A stretch of 64,000 nt of DNA from Octopus sinensis (Eukaryota): NCBI RefSeq assembly GCF_006345805.1, contig NC_042999.1, forward strand, positions 161,262,001-161,326,000, given 5' to 3'. The notes under the pieces were generated by a model that was not told the DNA's origin, did not search any database, and worked only from the letters and a program-made list of their open reading frames with translations. Position numbers and translations under genes: made by a program. Positions 1 through 15,415 of this stretch are shown here, in pieces (positions within the stretch are counted from its first letter, which is position 1; every line of letters starts with the position of its first letter).

Positions 1-1657
1 ATTGAAAACTAGTCTTATTTTATAAAACAAGTAAAGAAATGTGTTCCAAAATTTAAATTTTGAATTTAGTTTTAATTATTAAATTACATCTCTCTATAAC
101 TAGAAACATTTTTTTTGCTTTAGAATTATTGCATATATGCTCAAATGTTTTTCATTAAATCGAATCTTTTTTCATATTTTTTCCAATATTTTTCGTCATT
201 CTGTCAAACACTTGGAATTACAATATGGTAGGACAAAATTGGCAACTGGGTCAAAATGAATAATTTCTGATTTCTTGTTATTTTCTCTCTACCTGTTTGA
301 AACCATTACATTGCAATTATTGCATCCCCATTTTGTACCATTACATCATCTTTGGGAGTAAAAATTGGTCAGTATTGTTTACATAGTTGTTGAATTTGCG
401 AGTTTGAAACAAAGGTGACAGGTACATTTTTTCCAGAAATATTTCCTCAAATTTGACCCTATTGCAATTGGGGTTGCTGATAAAATATCTTGATAATTTT
501 TGGTGTTTAACCATCAATATTTTCTTTCTCTGTTGGATTCTACATAAATTTATTTTCCAAACTAATATCTAATTTGATAATCAAGTTTAAAAAAAAAAAT
601 GTTTAAATTGAGGCAAAAGGAGTAATGATTAATTTTAGTAACTACTTCTCTTTAACTGCATGGTGCATAAATATATATGGAAGAAAACCACTCCAGCAGA
701 TGATGAAGAAGCTGTAGAGAATATTCCATTTTGAGATTTTAGATTTTGTTGAGTTTCATTAATTTCATATCATGTGCTACTTTTCCATAGTCCTCTCATT
801 TGACCAAGTGATTATAAATCTTAGCTGCATTTCTGATGTCTAAGAATAGATGTTTATGTGTATGAGTCGTTTTTCAAATGTAATTCTGAAGAACTCGAAA
901 TACAAATTTTCATTATCTAATCTTACTCATTTTGCCACCCACCCCACCTCCTAAATTTGTCTTTTATATCCTCAAAGAAGACAGTGATAAATTTTCCGAA
1001 ATAGTGTTCTGAATATTTTATAGGTTTTACTATGTTTAGAGAAGGTCTTTACTTTGCTGATATAGTTTTGGCAAGGCATTGAACATTTTCAAAACATATA
1101 CTTTCTTCAAAGTCAAAAATGCAGTAAATATTACTCATTGTTCCCCGCCTACCCCTTATGGAAAAGCAGACTTTTGGAAATGACCCGTTTGAATCGCCTC
1201 GTTTTTTGTCGGGATGTACCCCACCCCACCCCACCCTTTTATTTTCACGCATTTCAAAACAATGAAGGGAAGCTGTTTTAAAAGAAGTTTTAAAACACAT
1301 GTCTTTTAAATGTTGGTGTCTCCACCCACCCCTCACATACACATACACACACACACTCATCGTGCCTTTGGAACAGCAACAACCACAACAATGATTTTTT
1401 TTCTTCTTGTTCGTAATTTTCTGTCATTTTATTTTATTTCGAAACATTTTTGACTCACATTAAAAGAAAAAATCTTGCTTCCTCTTCCCTCCTTCACTGT
1501 ACTTTTTACAATGAAGGAAAAGTCAAACACCGCAAGTGAATGCGTGGAAAAGGAAATTTGAATTTTGAAAAATGCGTCTATAAATTTCGTACTTGAAGTA
1601 CTCGAACTTGAAGTGCCCCGAAACCCCCATGGTGTAAATCCGGTCCTGTATACATGT

Positions 1658-1807
1658 ATGTGGTAAGTAGCTTGCTAACCAACCACATGGTTCCGTGTTC
1701 AGTCCCACTGCGTGGCACCTTGGGCAAGTGTCTTCTACTATAGCCTCGGGCCGACCAATGCCTTGTGAGTGGATTTGGTAGACGGAAACTGAAAGAAGCC
1801 CGTCGTA

Positions 1808-1872
<65 letters not shown>

Positions 1873-2104
1873 TATATATATATGTATGCGTGTGTGTGTT
1901 TGTGTGTCTGTGTTTGTCTCCCTAGCATTGCTTGACAACCGATGCTGGTGTGTTTATGTCCCCGTTACTTTGCGGTTCTGCAAAAGAGACCGATAGAATA
2001 AGTACTGGGCTTACAAAAGAATAAGTCCCGGGGTCGAGTTGCTCGATTAAAGGCGATGCTCCAGCATGGCCGCAGTCAAATGACTGAAACAAGTAAAGAT
2101 AAAG
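1658..2104 (+). mobile_element. SINE-A (tRNA-derived, CORE-like, bipartite with internal (TA)n/(TG)n)
   Basis: Head TGTGGTAAGTAGCTTGCTAACC...GTTCAGTCCC (A/B-box-like), CORE-like CCTTGGGCAAGTG, internal microsatellite, 3' module ending ACTGAAACAAGTAAAG; many similar copies in the window. Confidence 0.85.
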
Positions 2105-2676
2105 AGATATGCTTGTGTGTACGTGCGCGTGCGCGTGTGTTTGTATATGTGTGTGTGTCTTTTATATAGATATATATGTGACCGGTGTTCCGCCAAGCCT
2201 GACCTTTCTACCATCCGTGTAGCATCTCTTATATTCCTTCCCATGACTTTCAACTGTTATATTCCTGCCGTTAGGCTTCACTCAACACACGCCAGCTTAA
2301 TTTAATTTGTCCTTAGTTGAAAGACACCTGTTGTTAATGTCCTGTTGTTTGTTTTTATAATTGTGTACCAGTTCTCGGTTTTTTTCTTTCTGTCCTGGCT
2401 TTCGTATACATTCACTTGCTTTCTTCCAAAGAATCAAGAGCTCTTAGCTTAGATTTTGGGGGAGCCGGCCAGATTGGAGCAGTCTCAAGTGTGACGACTG
2501 AAAATGTAATAATGATCTGGAACTCGACTGTCGATAGAAAGCTCCAAATGACCCGTCCCAGTTTTTTCCTGTCTTCTTTTGTATCGTCTAACTGTCCGGA
2601 TATTTTGTTGTTGACTGTTACGTTCTAGTTCGATTTTTTGTTTTGTTTATACACACACACACACACACACACACAC

Positions 2677-2748
<72 letters not shown>

Positions 2749-3125
2749 TATAATTTCAATACGTAAGTCGGGGTAAACCCTGTTAAGAGAGAGAAAGATT
2801 GTAAATAGCTCTAAAACTGAACCTGCCTGGTGCACAGTAAAGGGATGCTGCATAGCTTCGATAAGATAGCATTGAGTGAACGAGATTGCAGCTACGTTGA
2901 GTGCCAGAAGCAATTTTCACTACTGAGACTATTTTGAAGAACGTGATTTGCAAGAAACACAGTGAAAAGCCGGGCCAAGGATTTAAATATAGTTGCATGT
3001 GTCCAACAGTGCACTGTCTTAATGGAAAATTTCGCTGTTTTGCAAAATAGATACACATAGATACGCGCATGAATATATATACAAGTACATACACATACAT
3101 ATATTACGTACATGAAATTACATAA

Positions 3126-3363
3126 GGAATAGTCGTGGCTATGGGGTAAGAAGCTTGCTTTCCAACTACATGATACCAGATTCAGTTCCACCGCGTGACA
3201 CCTTGGGCAAGTGCTTTCTACTACAGTCTCGGGCCGACCAAAGCCTTGTGAGAGGATTTGGTAGACGAAAACTGAAAGAAGCCTGCCGTATATATATATA
3301 TATATATATATTGTTTGTACTCCACCTGCCTTCGTCTTTTGTTTATTTTCGTAAACCTTCCCG

Positions 3364-3398
<35 letters not shown>

Positions 3399-3680
3399 CA
3401 AGGTGTATTCCATTAGAAACGTATTCGAATACAAAGTATGTATGTATCCGTATAGCCATGTGTTTTTTCTTTGTGTCAGTGTTTGTCTCCCAATCATCGC
3501 TTGACAACCGGTGTTGATGTATTTACGCCCCCATAACTTAGCGGTTCGGCAAAAAGACCGATAGAATAAGTACAAGGCTTAAAAATAAGTCCTGCGAGTC
3601 GAATCGTTCAACAAAAACACACCAAGGCGCTGCTCCAGCATGGCCGCAGTCATAATGACTGAAACAAGTATAAGAATAAA
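3126..3680 (+). mobile_element. SINE-A, diverged, with ~55-bp insert in its internal (TA)n
   Basis: Both halves align to other SINE-A copies; extra segment ~3312-3365 lies between two (TA)n runs. Confidence 0.75.
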
Positions 3681-3842
3681 TGAATTTATACACACATACA
3701 TATCTGACGGGTCTCCACACAATTTCCACCTGTGTGTGTATGTATACACGCACACACACACATGCACACACGCACGCACGCACGCACGCACACACAGACA
3801 CAAATACACGCACATACACACACACAATTATATATATATATA

Positions 3843-3875
<33 letters not shown>

Positions 3876-4149
3876 TGTGCTTTTTGATGGTGCAATGACT
3901 CATAATTTGCTCAGGTAACTATGAAATATTGGTACCGGATCTTGGGAGGGAACAAAAGTCAATTATTATCCATTGATAGATATTTCCGATCACGAAAGAT
4001 CAAACAATTGGCTCCGTAACTTTAGTAGATGTGTGATATATAGAAATATTGACGATGCACACAAACACACACTCCAGCACATTCCAGACATGATACTAAG
4101 GCCTCGTCAATAAATATGTGCATATGTATATATATGTATGTATATATAC

Positions 4150-4226
<77 letters not shown>

Positions 4227-4240
4227 CATATATATATATA

Positions 4241-4300
<60 letters not shown>

Positions 4301-4314
4301 AAGAGACATACAGC

Positions 4315-4382
<68 letters not shown>

Positions 4383-4404
4383 GATATAGGTATATACATT
4401 ATAT

Positions 4405-4598
4405 ATACTCTTTACTCTCTATTACTCTTTTACTTGTTTCAGTCATTTGACTGCGGCCATGCTGGAGCACCGCCTTTAGTCGAGCAAATCGACCCCGGGA
4501 CTTATTCTTTGTAAGCCCAGTACTTATTCTATCGGTCTCTTTTGCCGAACCGCTAAGTGACGGTTGTCAAGCAATGCTAAGGGGACAAACACACACAA

Positions 4599-4650
<52 letters not shown>

Positions 4651-4810
4651 CAGGCTTCTTTCAGTTTCCGTCTACCAAATCCACTCACAAGGCATTAGTC
4701 GGCCCGGGGCTATAGCAGAAGACACTTGCCCAAGATGCCACGTAGTGGGACTGAACCCGGAACCATGTGGCTGGTTAGCAAGCTACTTACCAGACAGCCA
4801 CTCTTGTGCC
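4405..4810 (-). mobile_element. SINE-A
   Basis: Reverse complement of SINE-A with (TAAAAGAG)-like tail at ~4405. Confidence 0.85.
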
Positions 4811-4871
<61 letters not shown>

Positions 4872-4920
4872 TATATTTACACACACACACACATATATAT
4901 ATATATACATATATATATAG

Positions 4921-4954
<34 letters not shown>

Positions 4955-5011
4955 GTATATAGGTATACATATTTATGTATATATATATATATATATATGC
5001 TTATGTGCATA

Positions 5012-5044
<33 letters not shown>

Positions 5045-5646
5045 GGAGCGAGAAAGAGAGAGAGAGGGAAAAGAGAAAGAAAGAGGGCTAGGGAAAGGGA
5101 GAGAGAGAGAGAGAATGAGTGAGGGAGTAGGTGGAGGCGAAATAAGGTCAGTATAAATAGCACATCTAGTGCTCGAATAGATGGGAACTTGAACTCCAGC
5201 GTCCTCATCCAGGGCTGGCGCCTCGGCATCAAAATTCATCTACCTTACTTTACTACCTGTCTGTCTCTCATTCTTTCCCTACTCACATACACACATGCAC
5301 ACACACTCACAAACACACTCACAAAGACACGCACACACAGACGCACACACATATATATGTATGAGTGTGTGTGTGCTTATGTATGTAAGTATGCATACAC
5401 AAAAAACTCACATCCACATATCTGAGAAAACGAGAAAGAGATTATGATTGGAAGACAGAGAGAGACAAAATTAGAGAAACGATGTGTATTTGCGCAGCCG
5501 ACCCGGCAACATACTCCGTGTATCTTTAATAATTCTCTTCTATTTTGTTACCTCACTTCCATCTTCCATCTTCCACTTTCCGAGTAAACATTGACATGTC
5601 AAACTGAAGTAGCGAATCACAACATAATGTTCAGATTATTGCTCAC

Positions 5647-5710
5647 GATGTAAAGCGGTCTTTGTGGTGGGGAGGCAATGGGTTACGTATTGGCGCTGGG
5701 GTAGGTTGTT
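5647..5710 (-). CDS. Candidate orphan exon (EQPTPAPIRNPLPPHHKDRFT)
   Basis: Acceptor ttcccacttacag, donor gtgagc, 64 nt with an open frame; no recognised homology. Confidence 0.2.
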
Positions 5711-6217
5711 CTGTAAGTGGGAAGATATTGGAAGTTGGCGATGGGTTGACGATCGAAAACGAAGAGGGAGAGAGCAGAGCGAAGAGTGAAATCATGAAAG
5801 AAAGAAGCAAGCAGAGAGAGAGAGAAAATAGAAAAGAGAGATGTTATCACAGTTGCCAATCTTTGTAGTCATTTGAGTAGACAGGAGAGAGGCTAGCTGA
5901 CCTAAAGCCAAACACCAGAACCCTTCGTTCCGTAGGGGACATTTCTAACAAGCTGGACGGCGATAAAACGCCATGATAAATTGTTGCAAAACTCTGTTGA
6001 ATGTCTCCTCTGGCCGATAGCCATAGCGGTGCCATTAACACTACTGCACCTCCCTCACCGATGTCAATACCACCACCACCAGTACTACCACTACTACGGT
6101 ACATACTACTAATACTAATATAACTAACACCGTTGGCAATCATAATATTTATACAAACTATCTCGAATTGTTACTTCTGTCATTATCGTTGTTGTTGACG
6201 CTGTTGTTGTTGCTTCT

Positions 6218-6558
<341 letters not shown>

Positions 6559-6702
6559 AAACCGCAACCACAGCATCACCTCACTGCTACTGTCAGCCAT
6601 CACTGATATGTACTACAACCACCACTACTAATATTACTACTTTCGTTACATAAACACTGCACCACCAACAGCAACAGCAGCAGCAGCAGCAGCAGCAGTA
6701 GC

Positions 6703-6764
<62 letters not shown>

Positions 6765-7404
6765 CTGTACAAATATCCATGAGATTGACCGTTGCTTTGG
6801 CAGGCAAAACCCTGTGTGTAAGAAATGAAGTTGTGTGTGTGTGTGTGTGTGTAAACACACGCACACATACATGCAAGTGTGTATGCGTGTGCACATACCT
6901 CTACGTGAGGAAGTAGAGTGGAAGTTCGAGGTGGCGATAGTGTTTGGTGGTGGTGGCGGCGATGGGGTGAACGGCGACAATCCCGGTTGGCCAGAGATAT
7001 TATCGACAATTAGATATAGAGCCAATTTGAGCCAAGTTCAATTGACCAGTGTCCATTCAATTGGGAAGACTAAGCTGAGCTAAGCAAAGCCAGGGACATT
7101 AATTCTCGGTTTTGCTGAAGCAGAGAAGCAGTGAGAGATGTGAAAAGGATGTTTCGAGAAATCTCGATACTTCTCGTGCTGTTCGGTGGGGAAACTGGGC
7201 GTTCATTTTTCTCTTAGGAGTCGGAGGCTGGGAGTCGGGGGGTTAGGGTTAGAGGCAATCATTCCATACCCATCACTAGCATCACTACTATTACCACAAA
7301 CACCCACTATCACCACTAACAACGCTACGATCCGACATTATTTCGATTTTAACACTATAACGTCCTCACTAAGATAAGCAAATACCTACATCTATACATG
7401 CACA

Positions 7405-7428
7405 ACGTTGGCATATACATACACACAC

Positions 7429-7461
<33 letters not shown>

Positions 7462-7940
7462 CATACATACATACGTACATACATACATACATACATACAT
7501 ACATACATACACACATACATACATACACACATACATACATACATACATACATACATACACACATACATACATACATACATACATACATACATACATACAT
7601 ACATACATACATACATACTACATACACACATACATACATACATACATACATACATACATACACACACACATACATACATACATATATACATACATACACA
7701 CACACACATACATACATACATACATACATACATACATACACACATACACACATACATACATACATACACACATACATACATACATACATACATACATACG
7801 TACATACATACATACATGCATACATACATACACACATACCTACACACATATATACATACATATATACATACATACATATATGTACGCTCTGACCCACGCG
7901 CTCGCATGCACGCACACACGTGCACAAACACACACGCGTA

Positions 7941-8007
<67 letters not shown>

Positions 8008-8030
8008 TTATCTATCTATTTATCTATATG
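7405..8030. repeat. (ACAT)n then (TATC)n microsatellites with a 58-bp unique spacer
   Basis: Read directly; spacer 7881-7938 recurs at 20993-21050. Confidence 0.95.
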
Positions 8031-8134
8031 TATGTGTGTGTATTTGTGTGACTGTGTGTGTGTGTATGTGTGTGTGTGCAGAAGTAGATAGATATATCAT
8101 ATTTACGTCTATACATATAAATATATACGTATAT

Positions 8135-8213
<79 letters not shown>

Positions 8214-8662
8214 TACATGCATATATATAAATGTGTATATATGTGTATGTTAAAAGCATATATGTTTAAGTTGTATATGTATGTGCGAATGTCAGTGTTG
8301 TGTATATGCATCTGCGTATGCATGTATGAATACACGTGCGTATATACTCGTGTATGTACTCTACATGTGTATGCATTATCAATTTATCTATTGGTCTGTT
8401 TGTCCTCGTGTACATCTGTCAAAGAATAGAAATATTGACCAAGTTGTGAGCCATATGTTTTGTATGATACTTTATTGAAGTGGACATTGGAGCGTGATTT
8501 CTTTTGATAGTTTTAAATGGACGCTCTGCTATCCTGACAATAACTATAGTGTTCTTAAATCCCGTCTCAGATACAACGGCATGAGTGGTCTGTTTCAAAA
8601 CGGTAGAGATTGGAAGTCAAACACTAAACGCAGTGTGTGCATCCATCCATCTATCTATCCAT

Positions 8663-8764
<102 letters not shown>

Positions 8765-9667
8765 GTGTGTGTGTCTGTGTACATACATATACATATATGA
8801 ATGTGAGTACGTATTAATCTTTTTTGTCTCCCTCTATCTCTCTCTATATAGAGAGTGTAGGTCAAAATCGCTGAAATATTTATTAGTATTATTATGTAAA
8901 AGAATAGTTCTGACTATGGAGTATCATCATAAATTAACAAGCCATGGACTTGTGTCATCGAAAATTATGTTAATTTCAGTAAAGGAACAGAAAGATGCAT
9001 CCTTTCAAATTAAATTTAATATTACATTCTTTATTTTTGAAAATACTATACATATTACGTAATATATTTATGTATAATAAATATACAGGAAATACCTCAG
9101 ACAGCATTCTATGCGAAATTCCGGATAACAGGATGTATAGAGAGGAAAAATCCTCCATTTCATCCAAAAATCTCTATAAACTGAAAATCCTCGAAACATC
9201 CTCTTTATGACTATAGGATATCCATTGCAGATAACAATTTGATAACTTGGATAACGGGCTTTTATCTAACAAGAGTAGTAAGACGAAATATAAATATGCC
9301 AAACTTTACGACGATCATATCACCACACTTCCCATGATTGTTCTGACGCATATAATTCTAAATTTAGATATAAGACTCACTGCAACAATAGCAAGAGGAA
9401 AGTATGTTACTTAAGAGGAACTTTAATAACCCTCTATTCCGACTTCAAGTAATCTCCGACGACTCTGGAATCTTCTTCCGAACATTGGAAAGAAACTTTT
9501 TCTCGCTACACCTAATCTAGTTGACAATATAGCGGCTGTCGAGAATAAGTGATTTTAATTATCCTAGTGACAGATCTGACTTTAGTTCCTCCCTATGCGA
9601 TATAAAAAAAGAAAAGATTTTGGTTCTGGGTTTCTTCCTAACAATAACGTTAACATTGATTTCAAAT

Positions 9668-9870
9668 TCTGGCACAAGGCCAGCATTTCCGGGGGAGAGG
9701 GTAAGTCAATTCCATCGACCTCAGTACTCACCTGGTACTTATCTTGTCGACCCCGAATGGATGGAAGACAAAGTCGATCTCGGCGGAATATGAAATCAGA
9801 ATATGAAGACGGATGAAATATCAGTAAGCATCGTGTCCCGCGTGCTAACGATTCTGTCAGCTCGCCGCCT
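9668..9870 (-). mobile_element. SINE-B, old copy
   Basis: Matches GGCGGCGAGCTGGCAGAA head and CTTTCATCCTTTCGGGGTCGATAA central domain of other SINE-B copies. Confidence 0.75.
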
Positions 9871-10159
9871 TAACAATAACTTTAATATTGTTACAATAGA
9901 TAATGTTTTACCAGCTTGATATTAGAGTTAGAAATAGCCTAATAGAGAAAAGAATTCTAGTAAAATATTAGTTTACCACAATATATCCAGTCAATGCAAC
10001 CACATGTCAGTAACATGAAAGGGGTAACAACACAAGATCATGAAAATACAGAAAAAAACCACTCCTTAGTGTACACATGAGTATCTCATGCAACATTACA
10101 TAACAAAGACAACACACTGCAAACAATGACACACTTGCATTATATGGGCTTAGGAAAGG

Positions 10160-10770
10160 CCACAAAGCTATCCCTGGTCCAGTTACTGGACCTCCAACAA
10201 GACCATTTTGCGCAGCCAATATCTTCAGCAACTACAGGCTGGCATATTTTCCCTTAATGATCATACGCTTTCTAATAGAGATGTCTCTAGATGTCCGTGA
10301 CAGCAACAAAGATCTTTAGAAAAATCTTTAGAAGAATCAGCTGAAACACTTCAATAACCTTACAGATTGCATCATAATTAGTATGGATGTATTGTCATTA
10401 TATCCATCTATTGATATTAATTATTTTTTAGAAAAATGCATGGACTTCTCGTAGGCTTGCATACAAGGATGAGTGCTCAGTGACGTTCTGAAAATCTTTT
10501 GCTCCATCAGAACAGAACGGTAGTCTACCAGCGTTACATTAACAGAAAAGAAGATCCTCAAATGATTGCGAGGAGGACTGGACTAAGCCCATCCGAGCTT
10601 CAAGAAACCAAATAAGATGACAGCACGTGTGGTTGGTGCTATCATAAAAACTAGAAACTTGCATTTATTTAAATTTGATAATAAATTATATAATCAAGAG
10701 AAGGGCGATGGCATTGGTGGAGATGTAGCCAACCTCTTCATGGCATGCTGGGATAAACAACTCAAACGGT
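10160..10770 (+). pseudogene. Decayed Penelope-like reverse transcriptase fragment
   Basis: LFKFDNKLYNQEKGDGIGGDVANLFMACWD resembles the PLE RT FxFxxxxYxQxxG...ANLFM region; upstream GPPTRPFCAAN and SLYPSID-like remnants. Confidence 0.55.
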
Positions 10771-10829
10771 ACCTAATAGGGACATTCATATTTCTATCAA
10801 TGCACATGAAAAACATTGTAATCTAAACC

Positions 10830-10962
10830 ACAGGTTGTGTGGTAAAAAGGTTGCTTCACAGCCACATGCTTTCGGGTGCAGTCCCTGTGCGTGGCACCTT
10901 GGGTCTCGGATCGACCAAACCCTTGTAAGTGGACTTGGTAGACGGAAACTAAAAGAAGCCCG

Positions 10963-11012
<50 letters not shown>

Positions 11013-11257
11013 ATGTGTGTGTGTATGTGTGTGAGTGTGTGTGTTTGCATCTGTGTTGATCCCCTAATATCATATGACAACTGATGTTGGTGTATTTACG
11101 TCCCCATAGTTAGCGGTTCGGCAAAAGAAACCGACAGAATAAGTATCAGGCTTAACAAAAAATAAATACCGGGGTCGATTCATTCAGCTAAAAATTCTTC
11201 AAGGTAGTGCCCCAGCATGACGGCAGTCTAATAACTGAATCAAGTAAAAGATAAAAG
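10830..11257 (+). mobile_element. SINE-A, diverged
   Basis: Both halves recognisable around internal (TA)n(TG)n. Confidence 0.75.
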
Positions 11258-11859
11258 AAAATGTAAAAGATCCTACAGATAGCCAACGTAATTTAGGAAA
11301 GCATTAAAGATAACCGTTCAAACACCAAAACAAAAAGCTAACAGTTCTAGATACAGAACTATGACTAGAAACTATATGTAACGAGAGACAAATACATCAC
11401 TCACAGTATATAAAAGAATCCTGTGAACAATAAGCTCCGTGTCCATCAGATGTCTGCTGCGTCAACAAACACAAACACAAATATCTTTTAGTAAATCTAG
11501 CGCGAATGAAATTCATTTGCTTTTAAGCAGCTGAAAGACACAGTGAGAAATCTAGCGCGGTCCAATAATTTGAAGACAAACTGAATCGGTTGGTGGCACT
11601 AGTTCATCTTTTACGGATGTAAAACCTGGTATAATAAGTTAATTATTTAAAAGTTAATCACTTTCACTCATTGGAGAGCAGCCATGGTGGAGCACTACCT
11701 CCAGGGATTTAGTAAATCATATTAATATATATCTATTACTTATACATTGATCATGTATTGTTTATCGACTTCGTAATTTACGAGACATAAAGAGACACGG
11801 TATAAAAACACATACACATTAACCGTGCAGAAGGTCATTGTATATATAAATACATACCG

Positions 11860-12040
11860 GATAACAAGTTCAGGTTTATACTTGTAATTATTGGAGCCCT
11901 GAGATATGTAACACACTGCCTAAAAACCAATCTTAAGAAATTAGGCTTTTCAAAACCAGAAAAGAGAAAGCTAATTCGGAAACTATCCAATTCATCACTG
12001 GAACTGTAAAAATCTGTAAAACTTTCCAGAAGTATGGCAT
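11860..12040 (+). mobile_element. 3' fragment of an R4/Dong-like LINE
   Basis: Translates to VIIGALRYVTHCLKTNLKKLGF, resembling the IIGALG C-terminal motif after the REL endonuclease. Confidence 0.5.
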
Positions 12041-12329
12041 TCAAATGTATATGGACATGTCTACATATGCAACTATATGCATGAGAATACATACATAAAG
12101 CAAAACATACAAATCTGCACATATACATACATACAAACAAAAATACCCTGCTGTTGATGTTAAAATTCCAATGAAGGAGCCTTGAATCTAGGTTAGAAAC
12201 CGGCTCTGTCTCTATTGGCAAGAAATCTTGAAATAATGACATACATACATACATACATACATACATACATACATACATACATACATACATACATACATAC
12301 ATACATACATGCGTACATACAACCAACGT

Positions 12330-15210
12330 ATTAAATTAGAATTAAAGGCAGTAAACGAAATAGTAAACAAATATCTGAAGACTACAAAGACTCAAGTAAT
12401 GAAAATAACCTATGAAACCATTATTCTTCTGATATAGTTCCCAGTTATTACATTACTAGTGCATCACAAAGAGCCGAAGCCACGCAAACGAGATTGAAGT
12501 GGAAAACCTGAGCCCGTAACTTAAAAAATGAAATTTTATTCCAGCGATAAAGTATCTCACAAGGCATAGTAGTTAAGAAATGTAACACAGAAAACATATT
12601 TACACATCAGAAACACTTCAGAAAATATCTCAAGAAGCGATTTGGTGAAATAGGATTCAAAAACTCCAAATTGCACAAGAGAAAACAACTCACAGCCACT
12701 GCTCAAAAACTAAAATATAAATCTACAGCATATAAAGAAGAGCTGGGAGATATTTCTAGATCCATATCTAGACCCACTATGATAGTGGGTTTAATGAGAG
12801 GACAAAGAGCAACACTGACAGGTTATCACCTTGAAAGACGCCTTTTGGTGGTGAATGCTATCCGACTCACTCTGCTATTTATCACTCCTAAGGAGCAAAG
12901 TGGTGTACCAAGTCTTGGTTATAAATGACAAATGCTCAATAAATTATTTGCTAAAGATCCCGAGCCAGTTTATTGCTGCTTTAATGTGAAAGGTTCAATC
13001 TCTGTAACAGACATCCCAACAAAAGATCAAGTTGAGGGTTACTGGAAATCTGTATGAGAAACAAATGATGAATTCAACAAACAAGCCGTATGGCTAAAAG
13101 AACTGGAGCAGGGCTGCTGCCAGTATCTCCAGCAAAAGCAATATGAAAAAATAGGCAGTGAAATACTGGAAATAGCTCTACGGAAAATGTCGAACAGGAA
13201 ATCCCCAAGTCCAGACCTCAGGTTCAATCTCTGTAACAGACATCCCAACAAAAGATCAAGTTGAGGGTTACTGGAAATCTATATGGGAAACAGATTACTG
13301 ACTGAAGAATTTCACCTTTTATCGGTGAGATCTCATACCACTGAATGGAGAAAGTATCAAGTGTACATAAGAACTGCCCCAAGTGTACATAAGAACATCC
13401 TCGAGAATAGCCAAACCACCCTTGCTAAAAATTACTGCCATTAGCCAGCCAGAACATCACGTGCAAATTATACATTGGTGCCTCAATCTGTTCTGGCAGG
13501 ATCATTGTGCCACCAACATTTTAACACCTGAGCAGGCTGGATGAAAGAAGGAGGTGTGGGGTTGCATACAGCAGCTACTAATTAACAAAATGGGTCAGGA
13601 AAATCATAGGAACTTTTCTGCTGTTTGACTTGACTGAAAAAAAAATGCTTTTTACAGTATCCCACATGGTTGGATTATCAGTGCCTTACAGTCAAACAAA
13701 ATCCTGCAACCATAATTGAGTGCTGTTGAACCAAGACTTGGTACACCCCTTTGCTCCTTAGGAGTGATAAAGAGCAGAGTGAGTTGGAGAGCATTCACTA
13801 CCAAAAGGCATCTTTCAAGGTGATAGCCTGTCAGTGTTGCCCTTTGTCCTCTCATTAAACCCACTATCATAGTGGCCATAGAAATGGATCTAGAAATATC
13901 TCCCAGCTTTTCTTTATAGACAACCTGAAACTGTATGGACTAAATATCGATCACATAAAAAGAAAATTGGACCTCATAACCCAATTTTCTACGGACATTG
14001 GAATGAAATTTGGTGAGTCCAAATGGGCATTTTTAACAATGAAAGGTGGGAAAGTTGTGCCCTCTTCTGAAAGCCTAAAAATTAATGGCTTGACAATACA
14101 ACCTCTACAGGACAAGGTGAGAATGTCAGATATGAAGGACCCATGAATTAGGAGAGGGCCCGGAAAGAATACTTCAGGGAGTTAAGAGAATATGATCATC
14201 AGGACTCTCAGCTTACAACAAGCATATTACCTACAACACTTTTGCAGTGCTTGTTCTCACACCTATGTTTGACCTTCTGAACTGGTCACTGCAAAAACAC
14301 AATGGGATAGATGTTTGAACTCAGTGTTACAGGAAACGTCGGCATCAATGGAGATGTAGACAGGCTATATTTCCCACTAAATGATGGCGGCCGTGGTCTG
14401 AAATCTGTATTGATATCATATGAAGCACGTGTTGTGACACTAAAACAACATCTGCAGCAGAGGGAAGAGACCAGTAACTATCTTGCTCAAGGTTGTGACC
14501 ATAAAGTCAACAACATAAATAGGATAGTTAACGAACTTAAGAATAGGTGTGAAATAAGAGCTGGTACAGATCTCTCCCCAAGGAGCATTGCTAAAATCTA
14601 TTTATCAGAAGAACAGAATGATATAAGAATATGAACCAGTTCACTGAGAAGATAGTACGAGTACGTGGGTACTTTGCACGAAAAACACAAACCATAGAAG
14701 GGTTTGATCATGACAAAAGCTTGGCATGGAGTACCGACAAGCTTATGACACCCCACTTTTAAGGCTACCTCCGTGCAATTCAAGAACGAGAGATCCTAAC
14801 CTAGTACCGACAGCAAAAGAGGTAGAAAATGTTTACAGACAACAAATGTAGACTGCGCAAAACCAATACGTAAGACATCAACCACATTATAGTCAATTGC
14901 AGAATATCTTCCAGGTATTATTTTCCTACGAGGCGTGATGCAGTGGCCAGAAACAGTCTAGAACAGCATAACAAAAAAGAGAACACCTACAAACGAGGTT
15001 GACCATATTGAGACCGATGGGACAGAAGAATATTTGTGGAACTTAAAAATTAAAATAGCCAACAAGTTAAAACATAACCGGTCAAATGTTGCTGTATGGG
15101 ATCATAAGGAAATGATATGCTCTGTTGTGGAAATCAGCTGACCGCTGGACACCAGTAATTAGGAAAATACGAGAGAAATAGAACATCTATGGACCATTAA
15201 CAAGGAGTTT
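12330..15210 (+). mobile_element. Old rearranged R4/Dong-like LINE remnant
   Basis: Fragments FQGDSLS, DVDRLYFPLNDGGRGLKS and IKIANKLKHNR; many stops and frameshifts; internal inverted and direct duplications. Confidence 0.7.
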
Positions 15211-15415
15211 TCAAATCCAACACCAACGATGCACTTTCATGTGTGTGGTAGGGGGAGTGACAATCGACCGCTTTAACTGGACAGAGATGCTTAAGATTCA
15301 TAAAATATTCAGTCAATGCTTGGAAAGTGGAATTTTTAAAGCATATGACTGTTCTACAAAAACAATTAATGATTTAACTATATAGGATGAAATTTATACA
15401 CAATTGTATTTATTT

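Noticed and set aside
6899-7115. Minus-strand coding exon (strong acceptor at ~7116, donor at 6898)
   Set aside because: All three frames hit stops soon after the acceptor; at most a non-coding exon, with no supporting evidence.
7241-7252. Telomeric TTAGGG repeat
   Set aside because: Only about two units; expected by chance.
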